DNA of 51,516 nt from Candidatus Bathyarchaeia archaeon (GTDB lineage: Archaea > Thermoproteota > Bathyarchaeia > Bathyarchaeales > Bathycorpusculaceae), in the NCBI GenBank assembly GCA_050012755.1, contig JBEKGO010000015.1:1-51516 (forward strand), given 5' to 3'. A model generated the notes under the pieces. The model had not been told where the DNA came from, did not search any database, and saw nothing but the letters and a program-made list of their open reading frames with translations. Shown piece by piece: positions 37,641-47,478 of this stretch (position 1 is its first letter; each line of letters opens with the position of its first letter). The translations under genes and the position numbers were made by a program.

Positions 37641-38345
37641 CTATTTAGCGTTCACCTTTTTGATTACATATAGGTCAACGACAAAGTCATGTTTGAGTTT
37701 TGTATGAAAGTCAAACATCTTTGGAATAGTCATAAGCATAGCGTAAACGCTTTTAACAATTCCATTATTTTTTGAAACAAACTTTTCTAGAAAGGGCGAA
37801 GGCGAGACTTCCAAAAACCCATTACTTGCCTTAAGCTGCTTGATTAAGTGCCTATCTGTCACAGGATGATTGTGCAAAGAGTAAACGGAATCGCCTACTT
37901 CCAAAGCCTTTTCAAGAAATGCTCTATCTGCCTCACGGGTTTGTACTCCGAAAGGGGGATTCTGCAAAACAGTATCAAATCGTCCAACAATAGAATTGAT
38001 TTCGCCCATAATCCATTGGACTCTCCCAGCGTGAACGGTTTTCAGTGCGTTTTCAACGGCAGTCCTAATTGCTAACTTGTCGATGTCTATTCCTACAACG
38101 GTCTTAGCGCCAAGATAAGAGGCGCCTATAGCCAGCCTACCTGTTCCGCAGCCTAAATCTAACACCGTTTTTCCATTAACATCATCATTTGCGTAGGCGG
38201 CGATGTACAACATGTTTGATGCAATCGACGGTGAAATAGTGTATTGTTCAAGATGCGCTTGAGGTGTAGACTGAGGAGCAATTTTTGAGAGAAAAAGCTC
38301 TAAATCTAGTTTTCGAATAATCCTTTTTTGAGCATATTCTCCCAT
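37641..38345 (-). CDS. METTL5 family rRNA N6-adenine methyltransferase
   Basis: LEQY, DLGCGTG.L, NPPFG, VYSLH, F.FH; start uncertain (overlaps dph2). Confidence 0.88.
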   Translation of the reverse strand: MGEYAQKRIIRKLDLELFLSKIAPQSTPQAHLEQYTISPSIASNMLYIAAYANDDVNGKTVLDLGCGTGRLAIGASYLGAKTVVGIDIDKLAIRTAVENALKTVHAGRVQWIMGEINSIVGRFDTVLQNPPFGVQTREADRAFLEKALEVGDSVYSLHNHPVTDRHLIKQLKASNGFLEVSPSPFLEKFVSKNNGIVKSVYAMLMTIPKMFDFHTKLKHDFVVDLYVIKKVNAK

Positions 38346-39316
38346 GATTCCTCGCCCATAGCCACCATAAACTCGTTAACAGTTAATACAGGCTTTGAAA
38401 ACTTTTGCGGTGCCTCAAGAGAAATTCTAGGGCATGCAGTGTTAACATAGGCGTCAATGGACGGAAATTCCAAGAGCGTTTCAGGAACAATTTCTTTAAC
38501 TGTAAACAGATAGACTGATTTCCCATGTTTCTCTGCCAACTCCTTAATCTTTAAGGCGTGGTCAAAGTGTTTTTGGCCTGGTTTAGAACCGATAAGAACT
38601 CCGAATGTTTTGGCATTTGTCGCTTCTTGAACGCATTGCCAGCGTTGCTTTAGGATTTTTTGGGCTTCATCATTAATTGAGAAAGCACGATTATCATAGG
38701 GATCTGCTATAAAGGTTGGTTTAGAAGTGCTCAAAGCTATGCCTAAGGCATGGAAGATCCCGCCTCCGATGAAAAGGAAAGCGTCCACTTCGTCGGCGAT
38801 TGATTTTACGTTGCTGTAATTGCAGCCTGTGACTTGTCCAGGATAATTCATTTGGCCACAATTGCCAACAATCACTGTTTTTCCAGCTTTAACCAATATG
38901 GTTCTTGTCTGTTTTAGAGTATCTAGGTGTTGGACTGTAGTAGCTAAACCGATTTCACGGTATTTACTCAGAAGCGGCAAAGCTTTCTCAACAGCCTCCT
39001 TAACCACAGCTGTTGATCTTGCTTCAACATATACTGTCGGAATCTTGGATATCACAAGTTTCGCATGCCCAAAATGCACTATCAAATCCACACCTAAACT
39101 GTCGGCTTCATTTATTGCGATATCGCAGGCTCCGTAGCAGGGGTCAGCAGAAATTATTGGAATCGCTCCACTTGCCTCAACGATTTTGGCTAAACGTGGA
39201 CCTTCAGGTTTCAATCCTTCTGGAAGCTGCAGTAGCACACGTTTGGCGCCAACTCTAGTTATCCCTTGCTTTATGCGTTCTTCTTCAAAATCGAAGCCTT
39301 TCATGTTTTTGTCCAT
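38306..39316 (-). CDS. dph2: Diphthamide biosynthesis enzyme Dph2
   Basis: LQLPEGL, CYGACD, HFGH, GQVTGC, ACPRI (three Fe-S cysteines). Confidence 0.95.
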   Translation of the reverse strand: MDKNMKGFDFEEERIKQGITRVGAKRVLLQLPEGLKPEGPRLAKIVEASGAIPIISADPCYGACDIAINEADSLGVDLIVHFGHAKLVISKIPTVYVEARSTAVVKEAVEKALPLLSKYREIGLATTVQHLDTLKQTRTILVKAGKTVIVGNCGQMNYPGQVTGCNYSNVKSIADEVDAFLFIGGGIFHALGIALSTSKPTFIADPYDNRAFSINDEAQKILKQRWQCVQEATNAKTFGVLIGSKPGQKHFDHALKIKELAEKHGKSVYLFTVKEIVPETLLEFPSIDAYVNTACPRISLEAPQKFSKPVLTVNEFMVAMGEESWENMLKKGLFEN

Positions 39317-39385
39317 CCACCGTCATTTATCAAAAGATTGAGTATAAGAAAAGAAAAACTAGACGGTTTAATAAGAGCTTTTATA

Positions 39386-41815
39386 CTAACGTGACCATTC
39401 CCAATCTTGTGTCGGTTTCTTAAGTGGTTGCCCGCGAGCCAAAGCGGCTTGTTCAGCTAAGCGTTCAAGAATTATCTTTTGCTCAATCGCAGCGACGTTC
39501 TTTCTTGTAGTTATTACAGCATCGTTGTTTACGGATATACTGTCGATTCCAACGCGTACAAGAAATTCTGCAAAGTCTGGAAGGTTCGATGGTCCTTCAC
39601 CGCAAATCGAGACTGTGCATCCATTTTCATGTGCTGCCTTGATCAGATGTGCAATGATTCTTTTTACGGCTGGATCTCTTTCGTCGAAGTAACCCATTTG
39701 ACCTAACCGTTCAGAGTCACGGTCAATCATCAGTACACCTTGAGTCATGTCATTTGACCCTATCGAGAAGCCGTCAACTAGCTTTGAGAATTCATCAGCC
39801 ATTATGCCTATGGACGGCGTTTCAGCCATAAACCATACCTTGAAGTCGCGGGAGCGCTCTAGGCCTTCTTCCTTCATTATCTCCAACACTTTTTTGGCTT
39901 CCCAAAGAGTTCGAACCATGGGCAGCATGACATAAACGCCTTTAAGTCCCCATTCGGTGCGACATTTCTTTATGGCTTGGCACTCAAGTCGAAAAGCTTG
40001 GATATACCATTTGCTAATGTAGCGGCTGCAACCTCTCCAACCCAACATCGGGTTTTCTTCCACGATTTCGTATTTTTCTCCGCCTTTTAAGCCCCGGTAT
40101 TCGTTTGTCTTGAAGTCACTTAATCGTACCACTACGGGTTTGGGCTGAATTGCTCGCGCGACGGTTGCAATGCCCTCCGCAAGTTTGTCAACAAACTGTT
40201 GACCTTGACCTGCGTCAACAAATGCCATTGGGTGCTGACCTATAGCGCTTGCCAAGATGAATTCGGTACGCATTAAGCCGATCCCTTCAAACGGCAGATT
40301 TTTGTATTGTTCAATCATCTCAGGCGTTCCCAAATTCATGTAGATTTTTGTAGCTGTTACTGGACCTGAATCTGCTACTTGCATAACCATGCCGGATCCG
40401 TTTTGCGCAACTGCAGGTTGAAGGGCTTGCTCCATTATGCCTTCGTAAATTATTCCATTTCTTGAGTCAACAGTGTATTCTTTTCCTGTTTTCATTACCT
40501 GCGTAGCTATTTCGGTTCCTACAACACAAGGAATGTTAAGTTCTCGGCTTACGATTGCAGCGTGAGAGGTGATTCCGCCTTTGTCAGTGACTATGGCACT
40601 TGCCATTTTCATGAATGGTACAAAGTCGGGGTCAGTCATGCCCGTGACGAGAATATCTCCCTTTTTCATATCTCGGTTTGCGTCATCAGGATTGAGGACA
40701 ACTGTTGCTTTTCCTATCCCGTAGCCTCTTCTTCCTGCCGAAATTCCTCTGACTACAACTTTTAATTGTTCATGTTGTGATGCTTCCATTTTAGGCGCCT
40801 CCATTACTTTTGTGCCAAAAACTGTTTCTGGCCTAGCTTGAACGATAAATATGTCCTGTGGATATGACAAATCTTGGTCAATTGCCCATTCAATGTCCAT
40901 GGGTTTACCATAGTGCTTCTCAATCCTCTTCGCCAGCTCTGCCAACGCCAAGATTTCCCTGTCGTCTATGCAGGTTATTTTCTGCTTGTCCGCTGGCACC
41001 TCTAAATGCACTGTTTTGCCTGTCTTAGGATCGCGGATGTACTCTACAGTCTTGCGAGAAATCCTACGTTCCTTGATCGTAGTGGTGGTCTTGTCAATAA
41101 CAAAGTCGTCAGGGTTAACAGCGCCTGACACAACGGTTTCTCCTAAGCCGTAGTTGCCTTCGATAACAATTTCATCACGGTTTCCAGAGACAGGATTTAT
41201 CGTGAACATGACTCCGGCGCACCCAGAATTAACCATTTTTTGTACGCCGACGCTGATGAAGACTTTTTCGTGTGGGAACCCTTTTTCATTTCTGTAAAAG
41301 ATTGCTCGTGGCGTGAATAGGCTTGACCAGCATTTTACGACTTTGTCAATCAGGTCATCGGCGCCTCTTACGTTGAGGAAAGTTTCTTGTTGGCCTGCAA
41401 AGGATGCGTCAGGCAAATCTTCAGCTGTAGCGCTTGATCGTACAGCGACAAAAGTATCTTTTAGATCGAGCCGTTTGTTGAGTTCCTTGTAAGCAGCCCT
41501 TATCGCAGTTTCGATTTCTTTAGGCATTGGAGTTTTTTCGATGAGTTCACGAATCTTCTTTGATGCCGTGTCATATTGTTTTGGGTCATTTAGGTTCGTA
41601 ACTGTTTCTTTTATTATTTCATAAATTCTCGCGGCTATGTTTTTTTCTTGAATATATTTTTCATAAGAATAAGCGGTTACGGCAAAACCTGGTGGAACAG
41701 GTAAGCCGGCATTAATCATTTCGCCGAGGCTAGCGTTTTTGCCGCCAACCAAAATAACATCAGTATTTCTTACATCATTAAACCATAAAACCAGTTGCTT
41801 CTCTTTAGCGCTCAA
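39386..41815 (-). CDS. ppsA: Phosphoenolpyruvate synthase
   Basis: VGGKNASLGEM, AVRSSATAEDLPDASFAGQQET, TSHAAIVSRE (phospho-His), ENPMLGWRG, SIGSND; TTG start overlaps rpl10e stop. Confidence 0.96.
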   Translation of the reverse strand: MSAKEKQLVLWFNDVRNTDVILVGGKNASLGEMINAGLPVPPGFAVTAYSYEKYIQEKNIAARIYEIIKETVTNLNDPKQYDTASKKIRELIEKTPMPKEIETAIRAAYKELNKRLDLKDTFVAVRSSATAEDLPDASFAGQQETFLNVRGADDLIDKVVKCWSSLFTPRAIFYRNEKGFPHEKVFISVGVQKMVNSGCAGVMFTINPVSGNRDEIVIEGNYGLGETVVSGAVNPDDFVIDKTTTTIKERRISRKTVEYIRDPKTGKTVHLEVPADKQKITCIDDREILALAELAKRIEKHYGKPMDIEWAIDQDLSYPQDIFIVQARPETVFGTKVMEAPKMEASQHEQLKVVVRGISAGRRGYGIGKATVVLNPDDANRDMKKGDILVTGMTDPDFVPFMKMASAIVTDKGGITSHAAIVSRELNIPCVVGTEIATQVMKTGKEYTVDSRNGIIYEGIMEQALQPAVAQNGSGMVMQVADSGPVTATKIYMNLGTPEMIEQYKNLPFEGIGLMRTEFILASAIGQHPMAFVDAGQGQQFVDKLAEGIATVARAIQPKPVVVRLSDFKTNEYRGLKGGEKYEIVEENPMLGWRGCSRYISKWYIQAFRLECQAIKKCRTEWGLKGVYVMLPMVRTLWEAKKVLEIMKEEGLERSRDFKVWFMAETPSIGIMADEFSKLVDGFSIGSNDMTQGVLMIDRDSERLGQMGYFDERDPAVKRIIAHLIKAAHENGCTVSICGEGPSNLPDFAEFLVRVGIDSISVNNDAVITTRKNVAAIEQKIILERLAEQAALARGQPLKKPTQDWEWSR

Positions 41816-42396
41816 GCCGTCTCCGTCTCCGGTTCCGCTTTCTCAGCTTCGTTAGCTAAGTCTACTTCTGGAGGTGCTTCAATTTTGGAGATAACTATTT
41901 TGCATGGTATTGGAAGTTTTGCGCTTCCTCTCTTGAGGGATTCTTTGGCGGTTTCCTCAAATCCGGCTTTTACTTTGACTGTCATGAGTGGTTGGCCTAC
42001 TTCTACTTTTGCTGCAGTTCCAATCGCTGTTCCGAAGGAACGTCTCATTCCCTGTTGAAGTCGGTCTGCATGAGCGCCGAAAATCATTTTGTTTTCTCTA
42101 AGAATAATGTGAGGATATGGATGAACAACCATAAGATAATCATTAATAACTTTGTCAATTAAAACACGGTTTGTAGCCACACGCATTGCTTCGAGGGCAC
42201 TGTGACGAATTTGGGCACGTTCTAAAGCAATAAGTTGACCTTGAACAGCAAATGTGCCCTTAGTATCACCCATGGTGAACTTCACTATTTTTGGGGGTGG
42301 AAAACCTCTAGCGTATTCTTTTCTTGTGTAGGCTCGATTTTTAACGTGCCTGTAATTTTTTGCGTGCATGCTACGTCCCTTTTTAGCATTACTCAT
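41812..42396 (-). CDS. rpl10e: 50S ribosomal protein L10e (uL16)
   Basis: YTRKEY, QIRHSALEA.R, YPHIILRENKM..GAHADRLQQGMR.SFG. Confidence 0.96.
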   Translation of the reverse strand: MSNAKKGRSMHAKNYRHVKNRAYTRKEYARGFPPPKIVKFTMGDTKGTFAVQGQLIALERAQIRHSALEAMRVATNRVLIDKVINDYLMVVHPYPHIILRENKMIFGAHADRLQQGMRRSFGTAIGTAAKVEVGQPLMTVKVKAGFEETAKESLKRGSAKLPIPCKIVISKIEAPPEVDLANEAEKAEPETETA

Positions 42397-42536
42397 TTAG
42401 CGGTATTTAAACGATTTGTAATATTTCACTTAAGCTTGTGTATATTTTCAATGTATATTTGTAAAGTCTGCAGGTATGATTCTAGTCATAAGGGGGCGTC
42501 AGTTCTTATATACTTAGGTAACTCTTCATCTTCCAG

Positions 42537-43835
42537 ATGCCAACAGTCTTATTTATTTCAGGGAAAAACTGGAAGTTGTCCTTAGCGGAGCTTGTTTCTT
42601 ACCTGAAATCTAGAGAGTTGAAATTTGAAATAAAGTTTTTTTCTAAAGACTTTTTTGTCATTGAATTTCCAAGTGGCTTTGATGCGTCTGCGATCGAAGC
42701 ATTAGGCGGAACAATAAAAATTGGCGAGGAGAAAGCAAAATTTCCAACCCAAATAATAAGGGAAGCTTTTGTTAATAAAAACAAGCAAGCCCAAATCCAA
42801 ATAACCCAAACTTTGGAATCAAGCAGCTTAGTTAATGAGATAGACAAGTCTGCCGAGAAGCTGTTTTTTGGAGTAAGCGTATATTGCGCTGAAAATCCAT
42901 TGCGCCCCTTATCAGGGACCATCCAGCGGTTTGTCGGAAGCGCCATAAAAGACGAGCTGAAGGGGTATGGCAAGAAATCAAAGTTTATGGGTTTTTCTAA
43001 AGAGAGACACTCAGCTCAGCTAAGCCATGTGGAAGTATTAAAGAAAAATTTAGTCAAAAATAAAGCAGAAATATTGCTGTGTATTGGCAAGGAAGAATCA
43101 TGGGTGGCTCAAACCGTAGCTGTTCATAATCCCTTTGAGTTTCAAAAAAGAGATGTGTACAAGCCGGTTCAACGAAACATTTTTGGTATGCCTCCAAGGT
43201 TAGCCAGGATAATGGTTAACTTATCTGCTTGTACGCCTGGAAAGGTTTTGCTTGACCCGTTTTGCGGTGTTGGCACTGTCCTTCAAGAAGCGCTGCTTGA
43301 GAGGGCAAACGTTGTTGGCGTAGACGTTAATCCTTGGTGTGTTAAGGCTGCAAATGAAAACTTGCAGTGGGTAAAAAGCGAGTATAGCCTTGAAGATGCA
43401 GAGTTCAGAGTTGTGCAAGGAGATGTGATGAGGTTAACCGAGAAGGTAGGGCAGGAAACAGTTGATTGCATTGTAACTGAACCTGATTTGGGTCCAGCTT
43501 TGCGTCAGGTACCCACCGGACCATATGCCCAGAAAATTATCGAGAAACTGGAACCATTATTCTTTAATTTGGTTGACCAAGCGCGAAATGTTCTGAAAAA
43601 TGATGGTCGACTGGTTCTTGTGACGCCTTATATCGTTACTCGTTCGGGGCAATCAGTAACTATGCCTATTGCTGAGAAACTTGAGAACATAGGATTCAAG
43701 CTAGTGCAGCCATTCTCTGAAGATATGTTTTCCCAGAATGCCAGAGAACATGAAGAACTAGTGAGTATGCGTTCCTTAATAGAGGTTGATGAACGACATA
43801 AAATCAGCAGACAAATTCATGTCTACCAAAAATAA
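42537..43835 (+). CDS. Trm11/TrmG10-like RNA methyltransferase
   Basis: PPRLARIMVNL, LLDPFCGVGT, IVTEPDLG motif IV; target not resolvable. Confidence 0.78.
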   Translation: MPTVLFISGKNWKLSLAELVSYLKSRELKFEIKFFSKDFFVIEFPSGFDASAIEALGGTIKIGEEKAKFPTQIIREAFVNKNKQAQIQITQTLESSSLVNEIDKSAEKLFFGVSVYCAENPLRPLSGTIQRFVGSAIKDELKGYGKKSKFMGFSKERHSAQLSHVEVLKKNLVKNKAEILLCIGKEESWVAQTVAVHNPFEFQKRDVYKPVQRNIFGMPPRLARIMVNLSACTPGKVLLDPFCGVGTVLQEALLERANVVGVDVNPWCVKAANENLQWVKSEYSLEDAEFRVVQGDVMRLTEKVGQETVDCIVTEPDLGPALRQVPTGPYAQKIIEKLEPLFFNLVDQARNVLKNDGRLVLVTPYIVTRSGQSVTMPIAEKLENIGFKLVQPFSEDMFSQNAREHEELVSMRSLIEVDERHKISRQIHVYQK

Positions 43836-43908
43836 ACATCCTACTTGCAGAGATAATTTATTAATTTCTTTGATGAACTATGTGTCTAAAGATTTGAGGC
43901 AGCAGACT

Positions 43909-44394
43909 ATGGAACATCATTCAAGACCCAATTGGGACAGATACTTCTTAGATTTATGTGAAGCAGTTGCTAGGCGCGCCACTTGTGACCGAGGAAGAAG
44001 CGGCTGCGTCATCGTTAAGGACAAGCGAATAATGACCACTGGATATGTCGGGGCTCCTGCCGGTTTGCCTCATTGCGATGAAGCCGGGCATGACATGCGA
44101 AAAGTATTTGACATCAACGGGAATGTTACTCAACATTGTGTGCGTACCCTTCATGCGGAACAAAACGCGATCATTCAAGCAGCTAGATTTGGGATACCGC
44201 TTGAAGGAGCGACACTTTTTTGCAAAATGACTCCGTGCAGAACCTGTGCCATGATGATAATCAACGCTGGCATAAAACGAGTTGTCTGCGAAAAACGTTA
44301 CCATGCTGACACTGACACCATAGACATGTTCAAGCAAGCATGCGTAGAACTAACGATAGTGAATAATGAATTCGAAAAATACGACAAACAGTAA
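43909..44394 (+). CDS. dCMP deaminase / ComEB family
   Basis: RPNWDRYF, RATCDR, HAEQNAI, PCRTC; ATG at 43909 (ORF track extension overlaps upstream gene). Confidence 0.92.
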   Translation: MEHHSRPNWDRYFLDLCEAVARRATCDRGRSGCVIVKDKRIMTTGYVGAPAGLPHCDEAGHDMRKVFDINGNVTQHCVRTLHAEQNAIIQAARFGIPLEGATLFCKMTPCRTCAMMIINAGIKRVVCEKRYHADTDTIDMFKQACVELTIVNNEFEKYDKQ

Positions 44395-44460
44395 CCCTAA
44401 CTCGCAGATTCTCTTGAAAGGCACTTCCAAAAAAATGTTCACTAGTGGGATAATAAAAAA

Positions 44461-44613
44461 TTAAGTTTGCAAGGCATATATTGATTGATTAATTGTAACT
44501 TTAAAATCATTATGACATTTTTTACACCAATAAGCTTGAATGATAAAACAATAATTCTTCAGTTCTCTTGAAGGTTTAGCAACTTCTTTACCACAGCTAG
44601 GACAGTGAGCCAT
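44461..44613 (-). CDS. Small zinc-ribbon protein (Cren7-like), copy 1, 50 aa, absent from ORF track
   Basis: Hand translation MAHCPSCGKEVAKPSRELKNYCFIIQAYWCKKCHNDFKVTINQSIYALQT; two CxxC; paralog 277 bp away. Confidence 0.85.
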   Translation of the reverse strand: MAHCPSCGKEVAKPSRELKNYCFIIQAYWCKKCHNDFKVTINQSIYALQT

Positions 44614-44945
44614 TGAGCATCACTCTTTCTTTTGGATACATTAAGAATATCAATGTTATGAACCCAGAATATACAAAAAAATATTGAATTCAGATAGGAC
44701 AGCCTGCAATCATCGAAAATATTCACGAGTAAATTATGATTGACTAAACGATATATAATGCTTGATTAATTGTGACTTTGAAGCTATGATGACATTTCTC
44801 ACAATTATATGCTTCAATAGTAAAGCATTGATTCTTCAGTACACTTGAAGGTTTGCTAACTTCTTTTCCACAACTAGGACAATGAGCCATATGTATCAAT
44901 CATCTTTTTTGCGCATTAAGAATATGAACATTATGAACTCAGAAT
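44485..44945. repeat. Diverged tandem duplication (units ~44485-44670 and ~44762-44945) including gene and promoter
   Basis: Shared blocks ttgattaattgt, ttcttcagt..cttgaaggttt, cattaagaatat, ttatgaac.cagaat at 275-277 bp offset. Confidence 0.9.
44744..44890 (-). CDS. Small zinc-ribbon protein (Cren7-like), copy 2, 48 aa, absent from ORF track
   Basis: Hand translation MAHCPSCGKEVSKPSSVLKNQCFTIEAYNCEKCHHSFKVTINQALYIV; 34/48 identical to copy 1. Confidence 0.85.
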   Translation of the reverse strand: MAHCPSCGKEVSKPSSVLKNQCFTIEAYNCEKCHHSFKVTINQALYIV

Positions 44946-45014
44946 CAGCAAAAATATGCAATTTGGCTTTAAAAGATAACATAGAAAAAATATAACCGCA
45001 GTTTTAAGAGATTT

Positions 45015-45344
45015 TTATTTCATTTTTTGAACAACAATCCACTTAACGTTATCAAAACCATACTTCGTTATTAAAGGATCAAGGAAATCTGGAGCCAAGT
45101 CATCATCAATTTCCGACAAAACCACTGTGTCGCCTATTCTGTAAACGATGCCTATTTCCGTGAGGTCTTTTAAGCCTGCGTATTTACCTTTGATTTCCCA
45201 ATAGCCAGGCTCGTCTTTCCCAATTTCCATGATCCAAGAGTACTTGTCTCCAGGATGCATGCCTTCTGTAGCATTAAATTCACAAACAATATCTCCAACC
45301 GTTTTGGGGTCATCGCTTGTTTTGACATAAAACCAAATCGTCAT
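45015..45344 (-). CDS. Hypothetical protein
   Basis: Open frame with ATG at 45344 after GTGGTGA; acidic, Trp-rich; no recognised motif. Confidence 0.7.
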   Translation of the reverse strand: MTIWFYVKTSDDPKTVGDIVCEFNATEGMHPGDKYSWIMEIGKDEPGYWEIKGKYAGLKDLTEIGIVYRIGDTVVLSEIDDDLAPDFLDPLITKYGFDNVKWIVVQKMK

Positions 45345-45412
45345 ATTAGTCACCACAATAACCAATACAACATTCCTTTATTTGCTTTTCAGAAGCAAGA
45401 AGACTCTACGGC

Positions 45413-46036
45413 TTACCCCAGTTTATTTTTGGCTTCTATTAGTGTTAAAGTTTCAAAGAAAGGCAATTTATGTTCGGCTTTGATGCTTGCTTCCAGATTG
45501 ATTTCCTCAAATTTCCTAATCGTTTCTTCGGCATTTGCAAGGGTAGACTGCATTAAGAGAATTCGCCCGCAGGCTTTCAAGTGTGATGGTGCTTGGGAGA
45601 GAAATCGGTCTATAACTTGCCTACCATTAATGCCACCTGCCCAAGAACAAACCATCCAAGAATCTTGTTCACACTCCGCCGAAGGAAGGTACGGGGCATT
45701 AAAGAGAATTAAATCAAACTTTGCGTTTTCATTAAAAGCTGTTAATAGACCAGATTGTATGAAAGCCATTTTACTGTGTACATTGTTAAGCGCCGAATTC
45801 TTTTTTGCACAACGAATAGCATACGGATTTAAATCAACCGCAACTACATAGGCAGCTTTTTCAGCGGCTAATATGCCAAGTATGCCGCAGCCCGTGCCAA
45901 CATCCAAAACCTTGGCGCCTTTTTTTACGTCAAGATTTTCGGCGAAAAGAAAGGAATCTTCCGCAGGCTCGTAAACTTCCTCTGAAACATCAAAAATGCA
46001 TTCCCCAAAGGTTACTCTCTTAACTGAGAATGGCAT
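45413..46036 (-). CDS. HemK2/Mtq2 family release-factor glutamine methyltransferase
   Basis: VYEPAEDSFL, DVGTGCG, FNAPY, WAGG..GR.VI, FFETL. Confidence 0.9.
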   Translation of the reverse strand: MPFSVKRVTFGECIFDVSEEVYEPAEDSFLFAENLDVKKGAKVLDVGTGCGILGILAAEKAAYVVAVDLNPYAIRCAKKNSALNNVHSKMAFIQSGLLTAFNENAKFDLILFNAPYLPSAECEQDSWMVCSWAGGINGRQVIDRFLSQAPSHLKACGRILLMQSTLANAEETIRKFEEINLEASIKAEHKLPFFETLTLIEAKNKLG

Positions 46037-46838
46037 TTGTTAATTCTCCAAAATTTCTGGGCGACAACTCTCTTGCACGCCTTTCATGAAAAGGCAAGGC
46101 TAAACTAAGCTTCTTCGCGTCTTCCTTGCTTAACTTCAAATTGGTCTTAAGAAAAGGCGCGAGTGCTTTGCCTAATTTTTTGTTCCGCTGGGTAAAAAGC
46201 CACTTAACCATTTGAGTGAAAAATCTTGGATCTTTCACTTCAAAGGGTTTTTTACTCCAAGGTTTTAAGGTAAGGATTATTGAATCTACTTCAGGTTGAG
46301 GATAAAACATCTCTTTAGGAACTGAATCCAAAAGCTGAACTTCTGCCTGCTGATCGGTAACAACTGTTAACCAATTGTAATCTTCACTGTCTACTGAGGC
46401 AACAATGCGAACGGCAAATTCCTTTTGCAAAATCAACACACCACAGTCGATTCGGCGATCAAGAAGCCAAGTTATAAGATGAGAAGATAGGTAGTATGGG
46501 GGGATTGCTATGACCTTATTAAAGTCGGGCAATGCTGCTTTCAACACGTCGCCTTCAATAACAGTCACGTTGCTGATTCCTTTGGTTTGTTCACGAAGCA
46601 CTTCTGCAACCTGCCGGTCCTTCTCAACTGCAATTACTGATTTGCATTTTTTAGCCAAGAAACGGGCAAGAAAACCGAAACCTGCGCCAGCATCCAACAC
46701 CACATCTGAAATTTCAAGGTGTGCATAATCGCACAATTTGTTGTATAGTGAGGTCTCAACCATGAAATTTTGACCCAGAAGCTTGTTCGGTGATATTCGG
46801 TGTATTCGAAGCAGCTGCTTCGTTTCCTCAAGGCTCAT
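46020..46838 (-). CDS. ksgA: 16S rRNA adenine dimethyltransferase KsgA/Dim1
   Basis: LGQNF, GAGFG, PPYYLSS, QKEFA.R, FYPQPEVDS, FTQRNK. Confidence 0.92.
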   Translation of the reverse strand: MSLEETKQLLRIHRISPNKLLGQNFMVETSLYNKLCDYAHLEISDVVLDAGAGFGFLARFLAKKCKSVIAVEKDRQVAEVLREQTKGISNVTVIEGDVLKAALPDFNKVIAIPPYYLSSHLITWLLDRRIDCGVLILQKEFAVRIVASVDSEDYNWLTVVTDQQAEVQLLDSVPKEMFYPQPEVDSIILTLKPWSKKPFEVKDPRFFTQMVKWLFTQRNKKLGKALAPFLKTNLKLSKEDAKKLSLALPFHERRARELSPRNFGELTNAILS

Positions 46839-46848
46839 CGTTTATGCC

Positions 46849-47424
46849 TTATTGTACCCTCGTGAACAATCGGTACTTGCTGTCGCCTTCAAGCTCTTCC
46901 ATAACACGCTTGGTGATTAATTTAACTGGATTAGGCAACTCTGTACGCTTCTGCAAATCTTCAAAACTCTCAAAGGGCTTGCGCTCTCTTTCATTGATCA
47001 CTTGCCACATGTATTTTTTCCCAATTCCTGGGACAAGTTCTAAGGCGTGCATGCGAGGGGTAATGGCGCGTGTTGTGTTGAAAAAGTTTACAAACCACTT
47101 TTCACGATTTACAACTATTTTAGCTATGTCACTGGTAAGCTCAGCTTTGGCTGAAGCGGTTAATTCTTCAAAGCCAATTCGTCCAATAATATAGGTGACT
47201 TCTTGTCGGCTGTCTTTGCCAACGTAAACGCGGTCTCCTGGCTTAAGCATTAAACCTTCTTTTACCAAAGCTTCTAAAAGTGTAAAGAACTCTTCGCCGA
47301 TGCACTGAATCAGAGCTCCCGCTCGATAACCTGCTCGCCCTGTCGGGCGAAACCCAGGCTTACCGTGGGATAAGAAGTCTAACACGTAAGCATATTCTTC
47401 ATACCGCTTTTCCATAATAGTCAC
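46849..47424 (-). CDS. DUF655 family putative RNA-binding protein
   Basis: EEYAYVLDFL, GEEFFTLLE, RMHALELVPGIGKK, PFESFEDL; conserved between rpo4 and ksgA. Confidence 0.9.
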   Translation of the reverse strand: MTIMEKRYEEYAYVLDFLSHGKPGFRPTGRAGYRAGALIQCIGEEFFTLLEALVKEGLMLKPGDRVYVGKDSRQEVTYIIGRIGFEELTASAKAELTSDIAKIVVNREKWFVNFFNTTRAITPRMHALELVPGIGKKYMWQVINERERKPFESFEDLQKRTELPNPVKLITKRVMEELEGDSKYRLFTRVQ

Positions 47425-47478
47425 TGAGCTCTCTAGTGTATTGTGCTTACTCCTTAAAAATACTTAGTCACTTAGCGC

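Noticed and set aside
44461-44945. CRISPR array or MITE as explanation of the duplicated segment
   Set aside because: Only two long diverged units, codon-structured divergence, no short repeat-spacer pattern or terminal inverted repeats
45255-45851. 198-aa plus-strand ORF and the many other antisense ORFs in the track
   Set aside because: They lie opposite well-supported genes and have no recognisable motifs
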